Source of the DNA: Candidatus Desantisbacteria bacterium CG1_02_49_89
Lineage (GTDB): Bacteria > Desantisbacteria > UBA1551
DNA: 37,624 nt
Assembly (NCBI GenBank): GCA_001871075.1
Contig: MNUP01000059.1
Location: 1 to 37,624 of the forward strand
Reading direction: 5' to 3'
Of the stretch, positions 18,605-27,003 are shown piece after piece. The notes beneath the pieces were generated by a model. The model ran no database searches and was not told the DNA's origin. It was given only the letters and a program-made list of their open reading frames with translations. Each line of letters begins with the position of its first letter. The stretch's first letter is position 1. The position numbers were made by a program, and so were the translations under genes.

Positions 18605-18805
18605 TGATTACGGTGATTTTTAACTGATGATTACGGTGATTATTAAAGAGATTACGGTGTAATAACAGAAACCAGTTTGAAACCTGCCGCCCGCATTTTT
18701 CGGATCGAGCCTCGCTCCGATGGTCATCGGAGCGGGAAACTTGAAACCGTCTCAAGCTATACGCTATGTGCAATGTGCCATATGCAGCGGTCAGCTGACC
18801 GCTAC
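18605..18805. repeat. GATTACGGTG x3, GAAAC array with inserted double hairpin, TATRYGC array and GTAG hairpin
   Basis: gattacggtg at about 22-bp period; perfect IR cgctccgatg/catcggagcg 18713-18734; agcggtca-gc-tgaccgct-ac 18786-18805. Confidence 0.8.
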
Positions 18806-19152
18806 ATGTCTTTCTCGCCAAGCCCGAAGTGATGGCCTATCTCGTGGATGAGTACTTTCTTCAGCGTTTCCTTCACGTTCTCTTCAGCACCTGCGCTCTT
18901 TTCGATGTTTTCCCGGAAAACCGTTATTTTGTCCGGCAGAACGTTTGTATAAAAAAATCCGCGCTTTGTGGCAGGCACTCCCTGGTACAGGCCCAGCAAA
19001 AGCCCGCCGGGCCTGATCTTTCGCTCTTCAAGAAGCTCGGGGGAAGGCCTGTCCTCCACGACGATCTCAACGTTATCCATTTTGCGGCGGTATTTGCCGG
19101 GCAGTTCTTTCAGCGCTTCCACCAGGAGTTGTTCAAATATTTCTCGTTCCAT
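18802..19152 (-). CDS. Zincin-like metallopeptidase (DUF1025/Zincin_1 type)
   Basis: LLGLYQGVP, PDKITVFR, VLIHEIGHHFGL; start at MEREIFEQ because the upstream extension is repeat-derived. Confidence 0.85.
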   Translation of the reverse strand: MEREIFEQLLVEALKELPGKYRRKMDNVEIVVEDRPSPELLEERKIRPGGLLLGLYQGVPATKRGFFYTNVLPDKITVFRENIEKSAGAEENVKETLKKVLIHEIGHHFGLGEKDM

Positions 19153-19162
19153 ATTTTTGAAT

Positions 19163-19378
19163 AACGTAACATCGTGCATCGTAACATCGTTGTTCGTTAA
19201 AATTAAGCCGATGTTACTATGTCCGGAGAGCCATCGACCCAGCCGGAGAATCATTAGCCCCGTTCTGATTCGTAGGTCCCGCCGTTGAACTCCTTAGGAG
19301 CTGGCGGGGCTCTGACTCGTAGGTCCCTGTGTTAAGCCCCGGTTTTATCGGGGCTATAGGGATTACGAGGTTACGAAT
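19163..19378. repeat. CATCGT 7-mer array plus nested hairpin / direct-repeat structure
   Basis: cgtaacat/cgtgcat array; 17-bp DR tctgaYtcgtaggtccc at 19264 and 19311; IR agccccg/cggggct. Confidence 0.7.
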
Positions 19379-20514
19379 TAAAGCAATTCTCTGGAAACAA
19401 TGTCGCAGAACAGAAATCCTTTTTTTGTAAGGCAGATGCCTGTCCTGGCGCCGCCCTTCTTTTTGAACTTTATAAGACCTTCTGTAACAAGCTTGCCTAT
19501 TGCTTCCGCTTTATCAGGCAGGTTGAAACCGGTCTTTTTTTTGAACCAGCCGTAATCTATGCCCTCAGCGGTCCTGACCTTGAACGCGGCAGTTTCGCCG
19601 GCGCTTCTTTTCGGGGAGAGTTTTTCTCTGAACGAAACCGGGCTTTTGCCGGTATTGATATCAGCGATGTACCTCCCGATATCAGCGATATTACCTGAAC
19701 GGACCCCGCCCGCGTAGGAACAGGCGGACGAGCCCAGGCCGGTGTAAGGACCGTTTGCCCAGTAATTCAGGTTGTGCCTGCTTTCAAATCCCTTTTTGGC
19801 AAAATTGGAAACCTCATAATGCCCGAAGCCTCTGGAGCCCAGGAAATCCGCGACTTCCGTGTATATATAGGAAACGATCTCGTCCGCGGCGGGTTTTATC
19901 TCTCCGCGTTTGAGTTTCCTGTAAAACGGAGTGCCTTTTTCGTATGAAAGGATGTAAAATGAAATATGGGTTACGGGTAGCCCGGCCGCCTCCTCGACTT
20001 CGGCTTTCATGGAATCCGGATGGTCCTCGAGAAGCCCCGCGATCAGATCAATGTTTATGTTCCTGAAACCGTTCTTACGGGATAGCATGACCGCGTTCAC
20101 CGCGGTTTTCGAATCGTGGATCCTGCCAAGCTGCGCAAGCCTGCCGTCGCTGAGGGACTGCACCCCGATGCTTATGCGGTTTACCCCGGAATCCAGGAAC
20201 AGCTTTATTTTGTCCGCGGTCAGGCTTTCAGGGTTCGCCTCAACGGTGAACTCAACGGATCTGCCGACGTATTTTTTAAGGCTTCCCAGCAATTTTTTCA
20301 GCTGGCCCAGGCTCAGAACAGTGGGGGTGCCCCCGCCGATGTATATGGTCGAAAATCTGTCACTCAGATTTTCGATCTGTTTAAGCAGGGCTTCTACATA
20401 TGAAGCTGTAAGGCCTTCCCCGTCTGCTATGCTGTAAAAACTGCAGTAAGGGCATTTGCTCCTGCAAAAAGGAATATGGATGTATAATGCTCGTGCATCG
20501 TGAACTTCGTTCAT
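19378..20514 (-). CDS. hemW: Radical SAM heme chaperone HemW
   Basis: ALYIHIPFCRSKCPYCSF, TIYIGGGTPT, EANPES, YEVSNFA, HNLNYW. Confidence 0.88.
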   Translation of the reverse strand: MNEVHDARALYIHIPFCRSKCPYCSFYSIADGEGLTASYVEALLKQIENLSDRFSTIYIGGGTPTVLSLGQLKKLLGSLKKYVGRSVEFTVEANPESLTADKIKLFLDSGVNRISIGVQSLSDGRLAQLGRIHDSKTAVNAVMLSRKNGFRNINIDLIAGLLEDHPDSMKAEVEEAAGLPVTHISFYILSYEKGTPFYRKLKRGEIKPAADEIVSYIYTEVADFLGSRGFGHYEVSNFAKKGFESRHNLNYWANGPYTGLGSSACSYAGGVRSGNIADIGRYIADINTGKSPVSFREKLSPKRSAGETAAFKVRTAEGIDYGWFKKKTGFNLPDKAEAIGKLVTEGLIKFKKKGGARTGICLTKKGFLFCDIVSRELL

Positions 20515-20575
20515 CGTGCATCGTCCGTCGCAATAATATTAACTATCTTATAATGTATTATCTTGGATCCCTTCT

Positions 20576-21030
20576 CTATTTCGCGAGTATCGACTTGGTC
20601 TTGGCGATGATCACAAGAGCTATGGTGTCAGCTTTCGCTATTTTGAAGCGGATGTGACGCAGTCAACCCCGGTTCCTTTGGGCGCCCAGTCCTCTCCACC
20701 CACGGTCGTGAACAGGATGACTTTTTTCTTGTCGGTATCGCTGAGTTTTTTCAGGAACTTCTTGACTTTTCCTTCAACCTGCCACGCCATGCAGGTATTG
20801 ACAATGATCACAGCGCCATAACTATCAACCGGTTCCTTCAGGGCTTTATTCATCTCAAAAAGCTTGACCGTGTTCTTGTCTTTTTCGAGTTCGGTCTTGA
20901 CCTTCGAAATTACCGCGTCCTTGAACTCGCTTTTCTTGGCCGCTATAAACACGGTCTTGTCAGCTGCCCCCGCGATCCCTGCCGAAGCTATAATTGCCAG
21001 TATCTGCGATAAAATAATCGCTTTTTTCAT
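20576..21030 (-). pseudogene. Secreted flavodoxin-fold-like protein with an apparent 1-nt deletion frameshift near the C-terminus
   Basis: ORF stops at SASK* (20638); one more A in the A4 run (20641-20644) gives SASKIAKADTIALVIIAKTKSILAK* ending at 20576; start ATG 21030 after GGAGG. Could be a sequencing error or a genuine shorter protein. Confidence 0.5.
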
Positions 21031-21060
21031 TCTCCCTCCCGCTATTGCATGCAAATATTC

Positions 21061-21083
21061 GCAAACCTAAAGGTTTGCCCTAC
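21061..21083 (-). repeat. GTAG REP-like hairpin
   Basis: Minus strand reads GTAG-g-GCAAACC-ttta-GGTTTGC. Confidence 0.75.
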
Positions 21084-21098
21084 GCTTTAACACCGTAA

Positions 21099-21956
21099 TC
21101 AACCAGGCGAAAACTGACGAAATTTCTCAAGCAGGCGCTGGAACTCTTCCTCGGAATAATATTCGATCTCGATCCTGCCTTTTTTACCGCGGTGCGAAAT
21201 CCTTACCCTTGTGCCCAGCAGTTCCTGCAGCTCATTCTCCAGTTCGGCGACATTAACGTCTTTTCCGGCTTTGACCTTTGAGCCTTGAGCTTTGAGCTTG
21301 CTGACCAGCGCTTCCGTCCTGCGCACCGACAGCTCGCTTTTAACAGCCTTCCGCGCCAGCGCTATCTGCAGCACGGGATCCTCGGCTGAAAGCAGCGCCC
21401 TGCCGTGCCCCTCGGAAAGCTTGTCCTCCGAAATAAGGTCCCTTATTTCCTGGGGCAGGCCGAGCAGGCGCAGGGTATTCGCGACCGTAGCCCTGTCCAT
21501 CCCAATCTTTTTTGCCAGGTCTTCCTGCGTTAAGAAAAATCTTTCGATAAGTATCCTGTAGCCCTCGGCTTTTTCAAGCGCGTTAAGGTCTTCGCGCTGT
21601 AGGTTTTCTATGAGCGCTATCTCGAGCATTTCGTTATCGGACGCCTCCCGCGTTATCGCCGGGACCGCTTTTAACCCCACTTCCTTCGCGGCGCGGAACC
21701 GCCTTTCCCCGGTTATGATCTCGTAGGAATCGCCGCGCCTGCGCAGTATAAGCGGCTCAAGGATGCCTTTTTCCCTTATTGAACTCACGAGTTCGGCAAG
21801 CCTTTCCGGCTTGAATTCTTTGCGGGGCTGGAATGGATTCGCGCGGATCTTTTCGACTTCTATCTGGGCAATGCCCTCTTTAAGCGCGGGCGGCGCCACT
21901 GCCGCAGGGGGTATAAGCGCCCCCAGCCCCCTTCCAAGCTTCTTTTTCGGTTCCAT
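21099..21956 (-). CDS. parB: Chromosome partitioning protein ParB/Spo0J
   Basis: LGRGLGALI, NPFQPRK, GERRFRAA, ALIENLQREDLN, VANTLRLL, GHGRALL. Confidence 0.95.
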   Translation of the reverse strand: MEPKKKLGRGLGALIPPAAVAPPALKEGIAQIEVEKIRANPFQPRKEFKPERLAELVSSIREKGILEPLILRRRGDSYEIITGERRFRAAKEVGLKAVPAITREASDNEMLEIALIENLQREDLNALEKAEGYRILIERFFLTQEDLAKKIGMDRATVANTLRLLGLPQEIRDLISEDKLSEGHGRALLSAEDPVLQIALARKAVKSELSVRRTEALVSKLKAQGSKVKAGKDVNVAELENELQELLGTRVRISHRGKKGRIEIEYYSEEEFQRLLEKFRQFSPG

Positions 21957-21970
21957 GAATTCTCCTTTGT

Positions 21971-22110
21971 ATGATTACGGTGATTTTAAAAGATGATTAC
22001 AGTGATTATTTAAAAATGATTACGGCGATAAATAATTGACCGCGGATTTCAAACTCTGAAAACTGTGTAAACTTTATAAACTATGTAAACTTGCAGTCTT
22101 GTAAGCTTGT
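21971..22110. repeat. GATTACRGYG x3 and AAACT 9-mer array
   Basis: atgattacggtgatt / atgattacagtgatt / atgattacggcgat; aaactctga/aaactgtgt/aaactttat/aaactatgt. Confidence 0.85.
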
Positions 22111-22120
22111 TGACTGCATT

Positions 22121-23299
22121 TCATTGGTCGGGCAGCCTCGCGTACTTCGCGCCGTCCCATTTATACGTGATCGAACTGTATTCGTTCTTTTTCCTGTCAA
22201 GGATCACTATTTCCATCGCGCCGTCGCCGTCCAGGTCCTGCAGGGTCGTGCCCCAGGTAGGGCCGATCTGCTGCAGCGTCTTATACGAGGAGCCGTTCCA
22301 GGAATAAATGTTAAGGACCGCCCCGCTCTTAAAATCATAAATGCTTTCAACGGCTATGTCCGGCCAGGTGTCGTTATTTATGTTCTCGACCGTGAAATAC
22401 CCGATATCCGAGCCGCTGAGCCGCGTATTCCAGCGCACCTCCCACCTGCCGGCGCTGCGCTTGAACACGGAAACAAAACAGCTCTTCGGACCAGACGCTG
22501 ATGCTGACGCAGAAGGTATCTTGTATATCAGGACGAGCTCCGTGCTTCCGTCCTTGTCAAGGTCCGAATAGAACACGCCGTTCTGGAACATCTCGGTGTC
22601 ACTGCCGGAGAATTTAAAGATCGGGTGGCCGGCGACCGCGAGCTCACCGCCGGCTGGGAGCGGGCCGTCCGTGTCGGGGTCCACTATGCCGGAAGGGCCG
22701 CCGCCCGCGATAAACCGCTTTTTGATCTCGAGCAGTTTCGTCCTTTCCTTTGCCGCGTCATTATTGTCCGGCAGTTTTTCACCGAAATAAACGATGCCCT
22801 CGTCGTATTCGCCCAGGTAAAGGTACGCGGTGCTGAGGTATTTTATCGTATCCGCGGAGGGCGAGATGGCAAGCGCCTTCCTGCAGGCTTCAGCGCCCTT
22901 CCTGTAAAGCCGGTACGCTTCGGGGTAATTGTTCTTGGACTCCTCGGACCTCGCCAGATGGAACGAGGATTCTCCCAAAGCCGCGATCGCGTCCTCAGAC
23001 TCAGGTTTCAGCGCTATCGCTTTCTCGGCGAATTCAGCCGCCTTGGCAAACCACCCCTTCTGGAGGTATAAAAAACTGAGCTTCGCGAAAGCCTCGGATG
23101 ACCAGGGATTGAGACGCGCTGCTTTTTCCAGCCTGTCAAGCGCCTGCTCGGCATCCTTCTCTTCGTAGAGCCGCAGGCCCTCCCGGAGGTATTTGCCCGA
23201 ATAAACAAACCTGATGATAAAAAAAACCGCCAGGGCAATGCCTGCTATCAGAAGAACGTAGCGGAACCGTATGTGTTTTCTTGCGCGGGGACGGGGCAT
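22121..23299 (-). CDS. Membrane-anchored TPR protein with C-terminal FG-GAP/VCBS-like repeats
   Basis: N-terminal TM helix, TPR helices (AARLNP, AIALKP, ALAISP), DLDKDGSTE / DLDGDGAME motifs; start at ATG 23299 after AAGGA. Confidence 0.75.
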   Translation of the reverse strand: MPRPRARKHIRFRYVLLIAGIALAVFFIIRFVYSGKYLREGLRLYEEKDAEQALDRLEKAARLNPWSSEAFAKLSFLYLQKGWFAKAAEFAEKAIALKPESEDAIAALGESSFHLARSEESKNNYPEAYRLYRKGAEACRKALAISPSADTIKYLSTAYLYLGEYDEGIVYFGEKLPDNNDAAKERTKLLEIKKRFIAGGGPSGIVDPDTDGPLPAGGELAVAGHPIFKFSGSDTEMFQNGVFYSDLDKDGSTELVLIYKIPSASASASGPKSCFVSVFKRSAGRWEVRWNTRLSGSDIGYFTVENINNDTWPDIAVESIYDFKSGAVLNIYSWNGSSYKTLQQIGPTWGTTLQDLDGDGAMEIVILDRKKNEYSSITYKWDGAKYARLPDQ

Positions 23300-23316
23300 G
23301 CGGCATCCTTTAAATA

Positions 23317-23463
23317 CAATGCAAAAGTCAAAATGTAAAGATTTCCACGAAAACACGAAAGTGTCACGAAAGCACGAAAAAACATTGAAGCGACTACGGA
23401 ATTTGCATGACGGAACGTCGCGCCGCTACATATACTCTGTAAACTCTGTAAACTTTGAAAACT
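23317..23463. repeat. Uninterrupted CACGAAA array, GTAG hairpin and AAACT array
   Basis: aagatttccacgaaaacacgaaagtgtcacgaaagcacgaaaa 23338-23380; ...cgccgctac 23405-23429; actctgtaa x2. Confidence 0.8.
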
Positions 23464-24703
23464 ATGGAAACTTGTATATGATAAGCCCTGACAGCGGCTT
23501 GGGATAGAAATACGTTGCCTTGTGGGGCATTTTCTCGCCGCTGAGCGCTATCTCGCGCACGGTTTCCGGCTTTATGGAATTCAGGAAGAACACCGCGCTG
23601 TACCCGCCGGTGTCCACAAGCTTCTTCGCCTCGGCTTCATCCGTGACGTATTTTATGTTCTCGCCGGGCACCTCTCCAAGCTTAAGTATGTTATGCAGGA
23701 AGAAGTGATGCAGTATGACCATGTTCAGGCGCCTCCAGCACGGCGGGACATCGCCGTGGAACAGCCTTTCGACCTGGCGGATATCCCTGGCCTCAAGCAG
23801 CTCGAAGATGTTTCCGCCCGCGTACATCCCGAACCCATAGAACCCCGGTTTAAGGCAAGCGATCATCCTGCCCGGCGAACCGAATCTGGTAACCCTGAAA
23901 TATCTATTGACCAACTTAAGGAATTCCGGAGAACTGAGCCGGACAGCGGTTTTTATGGCGCGGTGCGTGGGAAGTATTTTCAGGCCCTTGTCTTCCATGG
24001 AAACGAAAAGACCCATAGTATACCCGGCGCCTTTTGCCTCCCTGCTGTATTTCAGGGCTACGTCGTAGCGGTGGTGGCCGTCCGCAATGAACACCTTTTT
24101 CTTTTTCATTTCTCTGACGAAAACGCTGACAGATCCCGGGTCCGCCACTCTCCACACCCTGCTCTTCACCCCCTGGAACTCAAGCGATTCAAGAGGCTGG
24201 CGCGCAACGGTTTTTTTAAATATCTTCTCGAGAGCGCTGCTTCCCGGAGAATAAAGGAAAAAGATCGGATTGAAGTTCGCCCTGCAGAGCCGTAGCAGGC
24301 TGAGCCTGTCCACGCGGTGGCTAAGGAACGTGTCCTCGTGGGGGAAGATGCCGCGGCCGTATTCCTCCACGCGCAGAGCGGCGACAAAACCCGTCCTTTT
24401 CTCGCCGCCGCATTCCTGAGTGCAGACGTATATCGCCGGGGACCTTCGGTCACTCACGAGAACGCCTTCCTTTATCCAGTTCCTGAAAGATCTAAGCGCG
24501 CGGGTGTATTTGTTATCCCTTGAAGAATCCCCGGGTTTTGTTTTCCCAAGTATTATACGGGTGATATTGCGGGGGGAGCGCCTGTAAAGATCCTCCTGGT
24601 CTTTGGGGGAGATCACGTCGTATGGCGGTGCAAGGACCTTCGAAAGGTCCCTGAACTTCGCCGGATTGTACATCAGCGCTTTAAACGGCTTGATCGTCGG
24701 CAT
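23462..24703 (-). CDS. DUF1015 family protein
   Basis: IKPFKAL, APPYDVIS, IFPHEDT, IADGHHRY, ILPTHR, MPHKATYFYPKPLSGL. Confidence 0.9.
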   Translation of the reverse strand: MPTIKPFKALMYNPAKFRDLSKVLAPPYDVISPKDQEDLYRRSPRNITRIILGKTKPGDSSRDNKYTRALRSFRNWIKEGVLVSDRRSPAIYVCTQECGGEKRTGFVAALRVEEYGRGIFPHEDTFLSHRVDRLSLLRLCRANFNPIFFLYSPGSSALEKIFKKTVARQPLESLEFQGVKSRVWRVADPGSVSVFVREMKKKKVFIADGHHRYDVALKYSREAKGAGYTMGLFVSMEDKGLKILPTHRAIKTAVRLSSPEFLKLVNRYFRVTRFGSPGRMIACLKPGFYGFGMYAGGNIFELLEARDIRQVERLFHGDVPPCWRRLNMVILHHFFLHNILKLGEVPGENIKYVTDEAEAKKLVDTGGYSAVFFLNSIKPETVREIALSGEKMPHKATYFYPKPLSGLIIYKFP

Positions 24704-24721
24704 CACCACTCCTGAAAAAAC

Positions 24722-24824
24722 GTTGCTGGTTACTCGTTACTGGTTGCTGGTTAAATCTGCTGAATGCCTGAAAGTGCTGAAAGCTGAATGTAAAATCTGT
24801 GCTAATCCGTGTTAATCCGTGGTT
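24722..24824. repeat. Three micro-repeat arrays, two of them reverse complements of words used elsewhere
   Basis: gttgctg/gttactc/gttactg; tgctgaa; aatccgtgtt 10-mer, the reverse complement of aaccacggattaacacggatt at about 11914. Confidence 0.8.
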
Positions 24825-24832
24825 AAATGTAG

Positions 24833-25615
24833 TTATGACTGTTTTTGTAAAAATTCACGGGTAAACTCCGAGTAAGCCTTTGCCCCGGCGCTTGAGCGGT
24901 CATAGGATATCACCGGCTTGCCGTAACTGGGGGATTCGCTTAAGCGCACGTTGCGCGGCACTATCGTATCGTAAACCTTCTCTTTGAAATAACCCCTTAC
25001 TTCCTCTATCACCTCGAAGGAAAGCCTGGTGCGCGCGCTGTGCATCGTAAGCAAAAATCCCTCTATCTCAAGCGAAGGGTTGAGCCCTCCCCTGACAAGA
25101 TTGACCGTCTGCAGCAGCTGGCTCAGGCCTTCCAGCGCGTAGTATTCGCACTGCACCGGTATCAGGGCTGAGTCTGCCGTGACAAGCCCGTTCAGGGTGA
25201 GCAGGCCCAGGGAAGGCGGGCAGTCCACGATTATGAAATCATACCTTTCTTTCAGGGGCAGCAGGCTTTTTTTGAGCCTTACCTCTCTTTCATCAAGCCC
25301 GACAAGGTCTATATTCGCGCCTGCAAGCTGTATGCCGGAAGGAAGGATATCAAGTCCCTGGATAAGGGGATATTTAACGATCGCGGCGTCTACCGGGTGG
25401 CCCGCGATAAGAACTTCGTAAACGGTTTCCACGAGGGTGGTCTTGTCAATGCCAAGGCCGCCGGTCGCGTTCGCCTGCGGGTCTATGTCCACAAGCAGAA
25501 CTTTTTTAGGCGGCTGGTTCTCGGCTCCCGCGGCAAGGCAGGCGGAGAGATTGACCGCAGTAGTGGTCTTGCCCACTCCGCCTTTCTGGTTGGTAACGCA
25601 TATTATCTTTCCCAT
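24833..25615 (-). CDS. parA: Chromosome partitioning ATPase ParA/Soj
   Basis: NQKGGVGKTTT, VDIDPQANAT, DCPPSLGLLT, PVQCEYYALEGL, RNVRLSESPSYG. Confidence 0.95.
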   Translation of the reverse strand: MGKIICVTNQKGGVGKTTTAVNLSACLAAGAENQPPKKVLLVDIDPQANATGGLGIDKTTLVETVYEVLIAGHPVDAAIVKYPLIQGLDILPSGIQLAGANIDLVGLDEREVRLKKSLLPLKERYDFIIVDCPPSLGLLTLNGLVTADSALIPVQCEYYALEGLSQLLQTVNLVRGGLNPSLEIEGFLLTMHSARTRLSFEVIEEVRGYFKEKVYDTIVPRNVRLSESPSYGKPVISYDRSSAGAKAYSEFTREFLQKQS

Positions 25616-25626
25616 TACACCTCTGG

Positions 25627-25736
25627 GATTACGGTGATTTTAAATAATGATTACGGTGATTATTTGAAGATTAGCAGTTCCTGATATAAAATCACTTTAA
25701 ATAATCACTGTAATCTCAGTCATAATCACTGTAATC
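25627..25736. repeat. Inverted pair of GATTACRGTGATT arrays
   Basis: gattacggtgatt x2 faces aatcactgtaatc x2. Confidence 0.85.
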
Positions 25737-25740
25737 AATA

Positions 25741-26817
25741 TTAAATTAATCCTTGCTTCTGTAAATTCAGGCGCAGGTCGTTGGGGCTCGTTGCGTATGA
25801 GAGCGCGGTTTCCAGTGTAATGACTTCGCTCTTGAACAGGTCCATGAGTGACTGGTCGAACGTCTGCATCCCGTAGCCTGTGCCCTCCTCGATAACCTGC
25901 AGGATCTTGTCTATCTCGCCCGAACGTATGATGTCCCTCGCCCTTGCGGTGTTTATGAGGATCTCCACAGCGGGAACCCGGCCATTACCTGAAGCCCTGG
26001 GAACCAGGCGCTGCGAAATGATCGCCTTAAGCGTGCCCGCAAGCATTGAGCGCACCTCATCAGCCTGTTCAAGCGGGAAGAAACTCATTATGCGGTTTAT
26101 GGTCTCCGGGGCGTTGGTGGTGTGGAGCGTGCTGAGGATCAGGTGGCCTGCCTCGGCTATCTTAAGGGCGCTGCCCACGCTTTCCGCGTCGCGCATTTCA
26201 CCGATGAGGATCACGTCCGGGTCCTGGCGGACAACATTCCTCAGCGCGGAAGTGTAGGTGTCCGTGTCCGTGATGACCTCCCTCTGGGTGACAAGAGCCT
26301 TCATCTGGGGGTGGACGATCTCTATGGGGTCCTCAATGGTCACGATGTGGCAGGCGCGGTTGCGGTTTATATGGCAGGTCATAGTTGCGAGCGTGGTTGT
26401 CTTTCCGCTGCCCGTTATCCCGGTAATGAGGATGAATCCCCTGGTATCCAGGGAAAGCTGTTTGAGTATCGGGGGCAGGTTCAGGCTTTCAAAATCAAGC
26501 TCATCCGCGCTCATGACCCGCCTCATCGCAACGCTTAAATGGCCCTGCTGGTGGCAGAAGTTCACGCGGAACCTTCCTATGCCTTCAGCGGTATAACCCA
26601 CGTCCACTTCCCTCGACTTATCAAACATATCCTTGTGCGCTTCGTCAACCTTGAGTATCTCGGACACCATTTTCATAAGGTCTTCATGCGCCATCGGCTG
26701 TTCCTCCGCGAGCACAAGCTTGCCGTCAATGCGCATCGCGGGCGGGCTGCCCTCCCTGAAATGGATATCCGACGCCTTCTTCTCACACGCGGTCTTTAAA
26801 AAAGTCTTTAAATCCAT
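25741..26817 (-). CDS. pilT: Type IV pilus retraction ATPase, PilT/PilU family
   Basis: ASDIH, GRFRVN, GITGSGKTTT, TIEDPIE, RQDPDVILIGEMRD, GHLILSTLHT, GMQTFDQSL; start at ATG 26817. Confidence 0.88.
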   Translation of the reverse strand: MDLKTFLKTACEKKASDIHFREGSPPAMRIDGKLVLAEEQPMAHEDLMKMVSEILKVDEAHKDMFDKSREVDVGYTAEGIGRFRVNFCHQQGHLSVAMRRVMSADELDFESLNLPPILKQLSLDTRGFILITGITGSGKTTTLATMTCHINRNRACHIVTIEDPIEIVHPQMKALVTQREVITDTDTYTSALRNVVRQDPDVILIGEMRDAESVGSALKIAEAGHLILSTLHTTNAPETINRIMSFFPLEQADEVRSMLAGTLKAIISQRLVPRASGNGRVPAVEILINTARARDIIRSGEIDKILQVIEEGTGYGMQTFDQSLMDLFKSEVITLETALSYATSPNDLRLNLQKQGLI

Positions 26818-26837
26818 AAAACACCCCCTTTTTGATA

Positions 26838-26976
26838 TAGTCAATAGTCCATAGACCATAGTCCATAGCGAGCAGTATTTGATTAATGGATTAATGGATT
26901 AATGGTTTCTTGGTTAAAATCGATAAGATCCTTGCAGTTACTCTGACACGTTGACACGTTGATACGCTGACACGCT
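26838..26976. repeat. Three micro-repeat arrays
   Basis: atagtca/atagtcc/atagacc; gattaatg x3; tgacacgt/tgatacgc/tgacacgc. Confidence 0.85.
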
Positions 26977-27003
26977 CTTTTGTTGCGTGCAAGCCGCGGC
27001 GCG

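Noticed and set aside
18605-25736. GATTACGGTG clusters or other arrays as CRISPR
   Set aside because: Units of about 13 bp with about 10-bp AT-rich linkers, at most 3 copies, and no cas genes.
21099-25740. Canonical parS site near parA/parB
   Set aside because: No TGTTTCACGTGAAACA-like palindrome found by eye; a degenerate site could have been missed.
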